Below are positions 24,336-37,689 of a DNA stretch of 64,000 nucleotides, piece by piece. Below the pieces are notes generated by a model that had not been told where the DNA came from, made no database searches, and saw only the letters and a list, made by a program, of their open reading frames with translations. Positions within the stretch are counted from its first letter, which is position 1, and the number at the start of each line of letters is the position of its first letter. The position numbers and the translations under genes are program-made. Source of the DNA: Octopus vulgaris (taxonomy: Eukaryota); the NCBI GenBank assembly GCA_951406725.2, contig OX597839.1, forward strand, positions 18,972,001-19,036,000. The letters are read 5' to 3'.

Positions 24336-27285
24336 GTGAGAAACAGAGGGAGTTAGAGAAAAAGAGAGGAAGATAGACAGATACGATGATAGAGATAAAG
24401 AAAACCTGTGTGGAGAGAGAGAGAAAGAGAGAGAGAGAGACAGAAAGAGAGAGAGAGAGAGAGGGAGAGATACTGAATGAGTGAGAGAGAGAGAGAGAGA
24501 GTGAAAAACAGAGTGAGAAAGAAAGAGGGTGAGAAACAGAGGGAGTTAGAGAAAAAGAGAGGAAGATAGACAGATACGATGATAGAGATAAAAATGTTAA
24601 AGAGAGAGAGAGGGGGAAAAAGAGAGAGAGAAGGGAAAAAGAGAGAGAAGAACTGATAGGTACGAGGATAGATAAAAAGTTAACGAAGGAGGTAGAGGGA
24701 TACAGAGCGGGAGAGAAAGAGAGAGAAAATGGGGAGAGAGATAGAGAGATACGGGTGCACGGTGAGAGCAGGAGAAGGTGAGATGTAGAGAGAGAGAAAG
24801 AGAGAGAGCGTGAGAAAGAGAGAGAGCGTGAGAAAGAGAGAGAGCGTGAGAAAGAGAGAGAGAGAGGTGTAATAGAGAGACGATGAAAAAGAGAGATAGA
24901 AAGCGAGAGACGGAGAGAGAAGTGAAATTACAAATAGGGATAGTGAGTAAAGGGTGGAGGAGAGATAATGAAAGAGAGAAATGTATTATTGAAGTAAAGA
25001 AGCGAAGGAAGAGGGGGAGGTTTTTTAATAGGATGTGTGTGGAAGAATGTGTGGAAGAAGAAGAAGAAGAAGAAGAAGAAGAAGAAGAAGAAAACAGGAG
25101 ACAAAGAACGATGGCAAGATGATGATGATATTGATAATGATGATGGAGTCGAAGATGAGAAAGACAAAGAAGGAGAATGAAGAGGACAAGGATCCAAAAA
25201 GAAGAAGAAAGAAGGAAGAAGACGAAAAGCAAACGAAGGTGAAGGAGGAGGAGGAGGAGGAGGAGGAGGAGGAGAAGAAAAACAGAGTAGAAGATAAAAG
25301 AGGAAAAATAATAAAGAAGAAGGTACATAAAAAAAAACAAAGAAAGAGAATAATGGAAAGATGATGATGATTATGATGATGATGATGAAGGTTGTGATAA
25401 TGGAGAGGAAGAAGGGAGAAGACGAGAATGAAAAAAACGAAAAGGAAGAGGACAAGAAAGACTCAAAAAGAAGAGACATGAAAGAAGAAGAAGAAGAAGA
25501 AGAAGAAGAAGAAGAAGAAGAAGAAGAAGAAGAAGAAGACAGAATACACAAGGTGAAGAAGATGAAGAAAAGGAGGGGAGAACGGGGAAGAAGTCGAATA
25601 AAGAAAGAAAAAAATGAATAAGATGAATAAAATTAAAATGAATTAAAAAAGAACAAGAACAACAGGAATAAAAAGCGAAAAGAAAAACAGAAAAAGAAAC
25701 AAGAAGAGATTAAAAAAAAAACAATAAAAAACTATTTCGTTATATTTTTGATAAGAGAAAGGAAAAAAAAATGGCAGAAATTTAGAGAAGTCCAAACTTC
25801 ATATTTTGCTATGATTATCATTGTTGTTGCTGTTGTTGTTGCTGTTGTTGTTGTTGTTTTTGCTGAGGATGTTATTGGTGGTGGTGTGTAGCTTTATGAT
25901 TATCCCAAATGATCGTGATGATGTTGATGATAGCGATGATGATGATGATAATGGCGTTAATGATGGACATGGTGATAATGATGAAGATGATGACGGCGAT
26001 GGTAATGATAATGGTGATGATGATGACGTTGATGATGATTATGATGATGATGATGACGATGATAGAGACGATAATGACGGCGATGGTGATGATAATGATG
26101 ATAATTATTATGATGACGATAATGAAAATAATGGTGATGAACATAATGATGATGACGATGGTGATGATGACGATGAAGATAATGATGACGATGATGATGA
26201 TGATGATGATGACGGTCCTGATGATAATGACGGCAATAGTGGTTATGGGGATGATTGTGGTGGTGGTGGTGGTGGCATTTACGTTATTGATGATGATGAT
26301 GGTGATGTTTCTGAGGCCTACACTATTGCTGCGGCTGGCAATGTTGATCATATTCACTGCAATCATCATCATCATCATGAACACCATCGCTACCTCTAAT
26401 ACTACCAGTCTCCTCCTCATAATCATCATCATCAATAACAGTAGCACCACCACAATCATCATCATCATTGACCTCATCATCAATTCCATCATTATCATCC
26501 TCATCACCACCACCGCCACCACCATCATCGTCATCATCATTATCACCATCATCATCATCATCATGATTTAATTCTTTTTTTCTCCTCTCTCATCCTTTTT
26601 CTGTTCCTCATCTGGAACATTCTATTTTCACTTTTCTCCGCCTTAACTTATTTGGAAGGAAAAAAAAATCTACTTTTTTTTTTATTAAAGAAATAGGAAA
26701 TTGAATTGCTGGCCTGGTAAACACAATAACAACATCAGGAACAACAACAACAACAACATCGCCATACTCTATATCATCCATCATCATCATCATCATCATT
26801 GGCTCTACCGTCATCAACGTTGGTGTTCCCTTTGTCGTCGTCAACGCCATATCATCATCATCATCATCATCATCATCGTCATCATGATTGTGGTCATCAT
26901 AAACATCAACGTCATGATTATCGTCATCATCATCATCGTCATCGACATCATCGTCATCATCATCATTACAATCTTCATCTTCATTATCAGCAGCAACAGC
27001 ATCGTCATCATCATCATCATCATCATCATCATTATTGTGGTCATCATAAACTTCAACGTCATCATCATCGTCGTTGTGATTATCATCGTCATCATCATCA
27101 CCACCATCACAATCTTCATCTTCATTATCAGCAGCAGCAGTAGCATCGTCATCATCACCATCATCAACGTCATTATCATCAACATCAATCTCATTGATAT
27201 CATCATCACCGTCATCATCATCAGATGCACAAGATGATGTTAAACGCTCAGACAGATACACACATACACACACACATTATGCATT

Positions 27286-27326
<41 letters not shown>

Positions 27327-28508
27327 ATCGTACGTGTGCATTTACAGGAACATGTGATGAGACGCACATATTGCATACAGACACACAATATCATAGGCCT
27401 ACCCGAACTTCACAATGAACGTATAACTGCATACATATACATATATATATACAGGGTGTATTTGAGAACATAGCTTTTTTTGGGTCATTGCTGCATTTTT
27501 TGCTAACTCTGTATAATCTTTGTTACAGAAAATAATAATGGCAGACCCTCAGCTAACTCAAGATATGAAGAGGCATGTTGTTACGGTGGTTATAAAGGCT
27601 GAGCATAGCTATTTAGAAATATCTCGATTCTTAAAAGTTGCCAGATCTTTCGTCGACAAGGTTCGAAAGGTTTTGAGATTGAAGACAGAAACGTATCACC
27701 AGCGTCAAAGCATTAAAAACATTCTAAATGCTCTGAAATCATTAAAATACCTGAATTTATCCAGCAAGTTCAACAGGCCACTGATTACAATTCCAGAAAA
27801 TCTATGAGGTCAATTGCAAAAGATCTCTTTGTGTCAGAAAGAACAGTCAGAAATGTTGTCCCCGAAGACATCAGATATAAGTTTTATATGATGAGGAAAA
27901 GACAATTTGTCAGAAAAGCAAAAGAAAATCACTACATCAGACCTAAAAGGCTCTTAAACAAACTGAAAAATCCAGCAGAAGAAGATTTGATTTGGATTTT
28001 CTCAAATGAGAAAAACTTCGACCAAGATCAAAAAGTTAACAGAAGAAATGACAAATGATTATGTGCAGACACTTCTGAAGTTCCAAGTGTTGTGCATACA
28101 GAGTTTCCTGTAACTATCATGGTTTAGGGGTTGTCATCAATGAAGGACATGTGATGCCTCCTTACTTCTTTCCACAAGGCCTTGGAGTTAACTCTGCTGT
28201 CTACATTGAGGTCCTGGAAACAATTGTTAAGTCCTGGATAGACAGTGTATGCAATGGAAGGCCATATATGTTTCAGTAAGACTCTGCACTATCACACATG
28301 GTTCTAGTAACACAGGAATGGATGGCTGAAAATTTCCCTGATCACATACCACATGTTAGGGAATTTTTGTTAACCGGTGTCATTGCATATAAGTACAAAC
28401 AGGTCCACTTGCTTTCACATATTAAAGCTGAGCATGAAAGGAAATTATACATACACAAACAGAAATATATACATACGCACATACACTTATACATGGGCCA
28501 ACACATAT

Positions 28509-28551
<43 letters not shown>

Positions 28552-28693
28552 CAAACACACTCACTTTATATATATATGCACACACAAACACACTCACGTT
28601 TATGTGTATGTATATATATACACACACACACAGTATATATATTTATATATATAGTGTGCAGAGCATATATATATGCACACTCACACACACGTG
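24336..28693 (+). repeat. Copy 1 of a ~4.4-kb direct duplication
   Basis: Near-identical to 28794-33339. Ends exactly at the N gap. Confidence 0.93.
27452..28352 (+). pseudogene. Decayed Tc1/mariner-superfamily transposon, DD37D (maT-like) transposase, 3'-truncated
   Basis: TA|CAGGGTG left end; HTH MRSIAKDLFVSERTVRNVV; IFSNEKNFDQDQKVNRRND; VMPPYFFPQGL.VN..VY.EVL; FQ*DSA.SH....TQEW. Contains frameshifts and stops. Confidence 0.85.
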
Positions 28694-28793
28694 NNNNNNN
28701 NNNNNNNNNNNNNNNNNNNNNNNNNNNNNNNNNNNNNNNNNNNNNNNNNNNNNNNNNNNNNNNNNNNNNNNNNNNNNNNNNNNNNNNNNNNNN
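28694..28793. other. Assembly gap (100 N)
   Basis: Run of exactly 100 N. Confidence 0.99.
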
Positions 28794-31700
28794 GTGAGAA
28801 ACAGAGGGAGTTAGAGAAAAAGAGAGGAAGATAGACAGATACGATGATAGAGATAAAGAAAACCTGTGTGGAGAGAGAGAGAAAGAGAGAGAGAGAGACA
28901 GAAAAAGAGAGAGAGAGAGAGAGGGAGAGATACTGAATGAGTGAGAGAGAGAGAGAGAGTGAAAAACAGAGTGAGAAAGAAAGAGGGTGAGAAACAGAGG
29001 GAGTTAGAGAAAAAGAGAGGAAGATAGACAGATACGATGATAGAGATAAAAATGTTAAAGAGAGAGAGAGGGGGAAAAAGAGAGAGAGAAGGGGAAAAAG
29101 AGAGAGAAGAACTGATAGGTACGAGGATAGATAAAAAGTTAACGAAGGAGGTAGAGGGATACAGAGCGGGAGAGAAAGAGAGAGAAAATGGGGAGAGAGA
29201 TAGAGAGATACGGGTGCACGGTGAGAGCAGGAGAAGGTGAGATGTAGAGAGAGAGAAAGAGAGAGAGCGTGAGAAAGAGAGAGAGCGTGAGAAAGAGAGA
29301 GAGCGTGAGAAAGAGAGAGAGAGAGGTGTAATAGAGAGACGATGAAAAAGAGAGATAGAAAGCGAGAGACGGAGAGAGAAGTGAAATTACAAATAGGGAT
29401 AGTGAGTAAAGGGTGGAGGAGAGATAATGAAAGAGAGAAATGTATTATTGAAGTAAAGAAGCGAAGGAAGAGGGGGAGGTTTTTTAATAGGATGTGTGTG
29501 GAAGAATGTGTGGAAGAAGAAGAAGAAGAAGAAGAAGAAGAAGAAGAAGAAGAAGAAGAAGAAGAAGAAGAAGAAGAAGAAGAAGGGGAAGAAGAAAAAG
29601 AAGAAGGGGAAGAAGAAGAAGAAGAAGAAGGGGAAGAAGAAGAAGAAGAAGAAGAAGAAGAAGAAGAAGAAGAAGAAGAAGAAGAAAACAGGAGACAAAG
29701 AACGATGGCAAGATGATGATGATATTGATAATGATGATGGAGTCGAAGATGAGAAAGACAAAGAAGGAGAATGAAGAGGACAAGGATCCAAAAAGAAGAA
29801 GAAAGAAGGAAGAAGACGAAAAACAAACGAAGGTGAAGGAGGAGGAGGAGGAGGAGAAAAACAGAGTAGAAGATAAAAGAGGAAAAATAATAAAGAAGAA
29901 GGTACATAAAAAAAAACAAAGAAAGAGAATAATGGAAAGATGATGATGATTATGATGATGATGATGAAGGTTGTGATAATGGAGAGGAAGAAGGGAGAAG
30001 ACGAGAATGAAAAAAACGAAAAGGAAGAGGACAAGAAAGACTCAAAAAGAAGAGACATGAAAGAAGAAGAAGAAGAAGAAGAAGAAGAAGAAGAAGAAGA
30101 AGAAGAAGAAGAAGAAGACAGAATACACAAGGTGAAGAAGATGAAGAAAAGGAGGGGAGAACGGGGAAGAAGTCGAATAAAGAAAGAAAAAAATGAATAA
30201 GATGAATAAAATTAAAATGAATTAAAAAAGAACAAGAACAACAGGAATAAAAAGCGAAAAGAAAAACAGAAAAAGAAACAAGAAGAGATTAAAAAAAAAA
30301 CAATAAAAAACTATTTCGTTATATTTTTGATAAGAGAAAGGGAAAAAAATGGCAGAAATTTAGAGAAGTCCAAACTTCATATTTTGCTATGATTATCATT
30401 GTTGTTGCTGTTGTTGTTGCTGTTGTTGTTGTTGTTTTTGCTGAGGATGTTATTGGTGGTGGTGTGTAGCTTTATGATTATCCCAAATGATCGTGATGAT
30501 GTTGATGATAGCGATGATGATGATGATAATGGCGTTAATGATGGACATGGTGATAATGATGAAGATGATGACGGCGATGGTAATGATAATGGTGATGATG
30601 ATGACGTTGATGATGATTATGATGATGATGATGACGATGATAGAGACGATAATGACGGCGATGGTGATGATAATGATGATAATTATTATGATGACGATAA
30701 TGAAAATAATGGTGATGAACATAATGATGATGACGATGGTGATGATGACGATGAAGATAATGATGACGATGATGATGATGATGATGATGACGGTCCTGAT
30801 GATAATGACGGCAATAGTGGTTATGGGGATGATTGTGGTGGTGGTGGTGGTGGCATTTACGTTATTGATGATGATGATGGTGATGTTTCTGAGGCCTACA
30901 CTATTGCTGCGGCTGGCAATGTTGATCATATTCACTGCAATCATCATCATCATCATGAACACCATCGCTACCTCTAATACTACCAGTCTCCTCCTCATAA
31001 TCATCATCATCAATAACAGTAGCACCACCACAATCATCATCATCATTGACCTCATCATCAATTCCATCATTATCATCCTCATCACCACCACCGCCACCAC
31101 CATCATCGTCATCATCATTATCACCATCATCATCATCATCATGATTTAATTCTTTTTTCTCCTCTCTCATCCTTTTTCTGTTCCTCATCTGGAACATTCT
31201 ATTTTCACTTTTCTCCGCCTTAACTTATTTGGAAGGAAAAAAAAATCTACTTTTTTTTTTATTAAAGAAATAGGAAATTGAATTGCTGGCCTGGTAAACA
31301 CAATAACAACATCAGGAACAACAACAACAACATCGCCATACTCTATATCATCCATCATCATCATCATCATCATTGGCTCTACCGTCATCAACGTTGGTGT
31401 TCCCTTTGTCGTCGTCAACGCCATATCATCATCATCATCATCATCATCATCGTTACAGTCATCATCTATACTATCCACAGCAGCATCACCACTATCATCA
31501 TCATCATCATCATCATCGTCATCATGATTGTGGTCATCATAAACATCAACGTCATGATTATCGTCATCATCATCATCGTCATCGACATCATCGTCATCAT
31601 CATCATTACAATCTTCATCTTCATTATCAGCAGCAACAGCATCGTCATCATCATCATCATCATCATCATCATTATTGTGGTCATCATAAACTTCAACGTC

Positions 31701-31925
31701 ATCATCATCGTCGTTGTGATTATCATCGTCATCATCATCACCACCATCACAATCTTCATCTTCATTATCAGCAGCAGCAGTAGCATCGTCATCATCACCA
31801 TCATCAACGTCATTATCATCAACATCAATCTCATTGATATCATCATCACCGTCATCATCATCAGATGCACAAGATGATGTTAAACGCTCAGACAGATACA
31901 CACATACACACACACATTATGCATT

Positions 31926-31966
<41 letters not shown>

Positions 31967-33148
31967 ATCGTACGTGTGCATTTACAGGAACATGTGATGA
32001 GACGCACATATTGCATACAGACACACAATATCATAGGCCTACCCGAACTTCACAATGAACGTATAACTGCATACATATACATATATATATACAGGGTGTA
32101 TTTGAGAACATAGCTTTTTTTGGGTCATTGCTGCATTTTTTGCTAACTCTGTATAATCTTTGTTACAGAAAATAATAATGGCAGACCCTCAGCTAACTCA
32201 AGATATGAAGAGGCATGTTGTTACGGTGGTTATAAAGGCTGAGCATAGCTATTTAGAAATATCTCGATTCTTAAAAGTTGCCAGATCTTTCGTCGACAAG
32301 GTTCGAAAGGTTTTGAGATTGAAGACAGAAACGTATCACCAGCGTCAAAGCATTAAAAACATTCTAAATGCTCTGAAATCATTAAAATACCTGAATTTAT
32401 CCAGCAAGTTCAACAGGCCACTGATTACAATTCCAGAAAATCTATGAGGTCAATTGCAAAAGATCTCTTTGTGTCAGAAAGAACAGTCAGAAATGTTGTC
32501 CCCGAAGACATCAGATATAAGTTTTATATGATGAGGAAAAGACAATTTGTCAGAAAAGCAAAAGAAAATCACTACATCAGACCTAAAAGGCTCTTAAACA
32601 AACTGAAAAATCCAGCAGAAGAAGATTTGATTTGGATTTTCTCAAATGAGAAAAACTTCGACCAAGATCAAAAAGTTAACAGAAGAAATGACAAATGATT
32701 ATGTGCAGACACTTCTGAAGTTCCAAGTGTTGTGCATACAGAGTTTCCTGTAACTATCATGGTTTAGGGGTTGTCATCAATGAAGGACATGTGATGCCTC
32801 CTTACTTCTTTCCACAAGGCCTTGGAGTTAACTCTGCTGTCTACATTGAGGTCCTGGAAACAATTGTTAAGTCCTGGATAGACAGTGTATGCAATGGAAG
32901 GCCATATATGTTTCAGTAAGACTCTGCACTATCACACATGGTTCTAGTAACACAGGAATGGATGGCTGAAAATTTCCCTGATCACATACCACATGTTAGG
33001 GAATTTTTGTTAACCGGTGTCATTGCATATAAGTACAAACAGGTCCACTTGCTTTCACATATTAAAGCTGAGCATGAAAGGAAATTATACATACACAAAC
33101 AGAAATATATATATACGCACATACACTTATACATGGGCCAACACATAT

Positions 33149-33197
<49 letters not shown>

Positions 33198-33339
33198 CAA
33201 ACACACTCACTTTATATATATATGCACACACAAACACACTCACGTTTATGTGTATGTATATATATACACACACACACAGTATATATATTTATATATATAG
33301 TGTGCAGAGCATATATATATGCACACTCACACACACGTG
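28794..33339 (+). repeat. Copy 2 of the ~4.4-kb direct duplication
   Basis: Starts exactly at the gap. Differs from copy 1 mainly in microsatellite lengths. Confidence 0.93.
32092..32992 (+). pseudogene. Duplicate of the decayed DD37D/maT-like transposon
   Basis: Same sequence and same lesions as 27452-28352 (offset 4640). Confidence 0.85.
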
Positions 33340-33370
33340 TGTGTATATATATATATATATAAGGTGTGTG

Positions 33371-33411
<41 letters not shown>

Positions 33412-33850
33412 ACACACATACATGTATAGAGATAGAAATACCAAAAGAGGGAGAAAGAGAGAGAGAAAGACTATGAGAGATGGCACATGAGAGAGAGGGG
33501 TAGCAAGAGAGAGAAAGAGAGAGAGAGAAAACGTAGGGTGTATGATAAGGCGGTGGTGTTCACGAAGGGGGCGATTTGGTGTCTGGGGCATGGCGGTGTG
33601 GGAGTGTGGAGATGTGGATTTCGCCCATAGAAATTGTTGCCTGAATTTGTTGCCAATATCGATTAAGGCAGTTTTTTCTTTTAAATTCTTGAAAAATAGC
33701 TTTGCAATAAAACTGAAAGCATGTTGCAATTCACCTCTCAGCTCCGTCTACTCCTCTCTCTCTCTCTCTCTTTTAGCCAGTGTCTTTCTCTGTCTCACTC
33801 TCTCCTTCTTTGTCTCTCTGTCTCTTCGTCCGTCTATCTATCTATCTATA

Positions 33851-33921
<71 letters not shown>

Positions 33922-34644
33922 GTCTATCTATCTGCCTGCTTCTCTCTTTCTGTCTGTCCCTCTCACTTCCTCCCTGCTTTCGTACTTATGTCTGGCTGTC
34001 TGTCTCTGTATCATCCTCTCTCTGTCTCCCTGCCTCTCTCACTCTCAGTGCCCCCCCTCTCTGTCTATCTGTCTGTCTCTCTGCTCTTCGTTCTCCGTCT
34101 CTCTTTCTCTCTGTTTCTGTCTATCATTCTATCTATCTATCTCAAAATCCGCCTCTATTTCTCTGTCTGTCTGTTACACTATCTATCTATCTGTCTGTCT
34201 CTCTCTCTCTCTCTGTTTCCCTGTCTATTCTGATTATCTATCTATCTGTCCATCTACCCCCCCCCCCACTCGACTCATTCTGTCTCTATTTGTATCTCTT
34301 CCCGCCTTTTGTGTCCGTCATTCTCAGCCCATTAATTCACTCAACTCGTTCTTTTTAAATCACTTTTACTTCTTTCATTTATTTTATTTAAATCCTATAT
34401 TTTTAAACCATTCATTCATTCATTCATTCACTCTTTCAGCCTATATTTAATTAATCCTTAATTGCATTCATTCGTTCATTATTTTCATTCACATTCAAAT
34501 TTATTCCTTTCATTCCCTTCTTTCATTTATCCTTTGTTTCCTTCATTGAAATGCGGCCATACTGGAGTACCGTCTTCAGAGTAGTGATTCTTAAAATGGG
34601 TTTACATGATCCTTCGGAGTTCATGTAATATTTTGTTAAAATTT

Positions 34645-35057
34645 GCCTGTGTGGTAAGAAATTTGTTCCTCAACCACATGGTTCCAGGTTCAGTCCCACA
34701 ACGTGGCACCTTGGGCAAGTGACTTCTAATATAGCCTCAGGTCGACCAAAAACTTGTGAATGGATTTGACAGACGGAACTGTAAGAAGCTCAGTGTGTGT
34801 GTGTGTGTGTGTAATGCGGAGTCGATGAAACAGGGACAACTGATGGAGGGGAATATTCTTTATGTTGTTTGTCTCGTTTCTCTGGTTTTATCGTTGTTCG
34901 AAAAAAGTTCGTTTTCTATGATTTTGTTTTTATGTTTTCGTCTCTCATTGTGTTCAACGTTTTTTTATGTCCTGTACCCATATATGCATCTATATATACA
35001 TGTATATGTAGCTATGTACATATATGTGTGTGTATATGCATATATATATATATTATT

Positions 35058-35094
<37 letters not shown>

Positions 35095-35132
35095 TTTATA
35101 TATTATTTATATTATATATATATATATATATA

Positions 35133-35172
<40 letters not shown>

Positions 35173-35376
35173 TATATTATATATATATATATATATATGC
35201 ATATATTTATATATTATTTATATTATATATATATATATATATATTATTTATATTATATATATATATATATATATTATTTATATTATATGTATATATATAT
35301 ATATATGCATATATTTATATATTATTTATATTATATGTATATATATATATATATGCATATATTTATATATTATTTA

Positions 35377-35407
<31 letters not shown>

Positions 35408-35475
35408 GCATATATTTATATATTATTTATATTATATATATATATATATATATATGCATATATTTATATATTATT

Positions 35476-35510
<35 letters not shown>

Positions 35511-35757
35511 ATGTAAGTGTGTGTGAGTTTATATGTAAATGTCTGTGTCTTATAGTTTGCCCCACCACCACCACCACTTGACAACTGGAGCTGGTGTGTT
35601 TGTGTCCCCGTAACTTAGCGATTCGGCTAAAGACGACGATAGATTAAGTACAAAGGAAGCAACAATATGTACTGGGGTCGATTCACTCGACTAAAAATTC
35701 AAGGCGTAGCTCCAGCATGGCCGGAGTCTAATGACTGCAACAAATATAAAGAAAGAA
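34645..35757 (+). mobile_element. Diverged SINE family A split by an insert and a TA-rich expansion
   Basis: Head at 34645-34810, tail at 35515-35757. Confidence 0.7.
34813..34980 (+). mobile_element. Diverged relative of the 48364-48954 palindrome arm
   Basis: AGGGACAACTGATGGAGGGG ... TTTTCGTCTCTCATTGTGTTCAACGT ... TGTCCTGTAC aligns by eye to 48786-48927. Confidence 0.65.
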
Positions 35758-35862
35758 GAAAACCTGATACGACAGAGCCCTGGTGCACCACCCATAAAAC
35801 AGCCAGCGACACCTGCTTCATCCATTCATTCGTATTCTCTTCTTTCCTTTTACTCGTTACTC

Positions 35863-36227
35863 CCTCTTTTACTTGTTTCAGTCATTTGGCTCTGACCATG
35901 CTGGAGCATCGCCTTTAGGACTTATTCTTTGTAACCCTAGTACTTATTGTATCTGTATCTTTTGCCGAACCGCTAAGTTACGGGGACGTAAACACACCAG
36001 CATCGGTTGTCAAGCGATGTTGGCGGGACAAACATAGACACACAAACATACACACACATACATATATACGACGGGCTTCTTTCAGTTTCCGTCTACCAAA
36101 TCCACTCTCAAGGCTTTGGTCGGCCCGAGGCTATAGTAGAAGACACATGTCCAAGGTGCCACGCAGTGGAACTGAACCCGGGACTATGCAGTTCGTAAGC
36201 AGGTTACCACACAGCCACTCCTATGCC
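35863..36227 (-). mobile_element. SINE family A
   Basis: Near full-length match. Confidence 0.85.
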
Positions 36228-36425
36228 ATCTTGTTTCATTCATTTATTAATTTCATTCATTTCTATTCCTTATAACTGTTTCATTCTCTCATTTATTTTC
36301 ATTCTTCTCCTCTATTCATTTATTTATGATTTCATTCCTTTCATTCATTCATTATTTCAACCTTCATAAGATATAAAAAATGATCGATCTTAATTCTTTC
36401 TCTAATATTTTCTTCGCCAAACAAA

Positions 36426-37110
36426 GCGGCGAGCTGGCAAAACCGTTAACAATACGGTCAAAATCCTTAACGGTATTTCGTCCGTCTTTACGACCTGATT
36501 ACAAATTCCGTTAAGGTCGATTTTGCCTTTCATCCTTTCGGGATCAATAAATAATTTCCTTCCAAATCGCTGGTCGTATGCCAAAATTTGAACCAACATT
36601 TTCTTCCACGAATAAGATGGCGAGCTGGTAGAATAGTTAGCATGTTGGACAAAATTCTTAGCGGCATTTTCTTCGTCTTTAGGTTCTGAGTTCAAATTCC
36701 GCCGAAGTCGAATTTGCCTTTCATTCTTTCAGGGTCAATAAATAATTTCTTTCGAAATTGCTGGCCTTATGCCGAAATTTGAACCAATATTTTCTTTACG
36801 AATAATGGTGATCAGGTAAATCCATTAGCATGCCGGATAAAATGCTTAGTGGTATTTCGTCCGTCTTTACAATCAGGTTTCAAATTCCACCAAGGTCGAC
36901 TTTGCCTTTCATTCTTTCAGGGTCAATAAATAAATAATTTCTTTCGAAATTGCTGGCCGTATGCCAAAATTCCAACCAATATTTTCGTTAGCATGCCGTA
37001 CAAAACACTTAGCGGCATTTCGTCTTTAAATCTGATTTCGACTTCCACCGAGGAATCGACTACTCATTCCCTCGAAATTGCTGGCCTTGTGCCAAAATCT
37101 AAAACGATAT
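36426..37110 (+). repeat. Tandem array of ~190-bp internally deleted SINE family B units (about 3.6 copies)
   Basis: Units start near 36426, 36619, 36807 and 36985. The first three share the junction G(A/G)TCAATAAATAATTTC..AAAT.GCTGG. Confidence 0.75.
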
Positions 37111-37689
37111 TTTCTTCGCCATTGCTACCGTCAATTTTCTTTCCTTAATTCGTTGTGTTTCACTTCTAGAATAACTCTTCAGTTCTTTATTATGTTTTCA
37201 TTCATTCGTGTACACCTGTATTGCGAATGAAATTCATTCGCCGGGGGTGATTCCTTTATGTCTCAGTTATTCTGATAAATTGCTCATTCATTTACTCAAT
37301 CACGCATTTCTTCATTTATTTCATTCTTTCATCTTTTTTTTAAATATTATTAATAAATCCATTTTATTTTTCATCCATTCAAAAGATTTTAAAACTCATT
37401 CCCATTTTCTGTCATTTTCCAGTTATTCATAGCTTCATGAATTTCTTCATTTTCAATTGACTCGTTCATTTCATTCACACGTTCATTAATTCCTTCATGT
37501 TTGACTAACTCACTCATATTAGTCACTCTTTCATTAATTTCTTCATTTTAAATTTAGTCATTCATTTCATTCACACGTTCATTAATTTCTTCGTTTTTAA
37601 TTCACTCGTTCATTTCATTCCCTCTTTCATTAACTCCATTTTTTTTTACTGACATTCATTTCATATGTTCTTCTAATTCACATTTCGGA

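Noticed and set aside
25821-26399. Leu-rich start plus Asp-rich ORF resembling an acidic biomineralisation protein (duplicate at 30399-30977)
   Set aside because: Starts at TTG inside a (TTG)n repeat and runs through (GAT)n. Several frames on both strands are open, as expected for a microsatellite.
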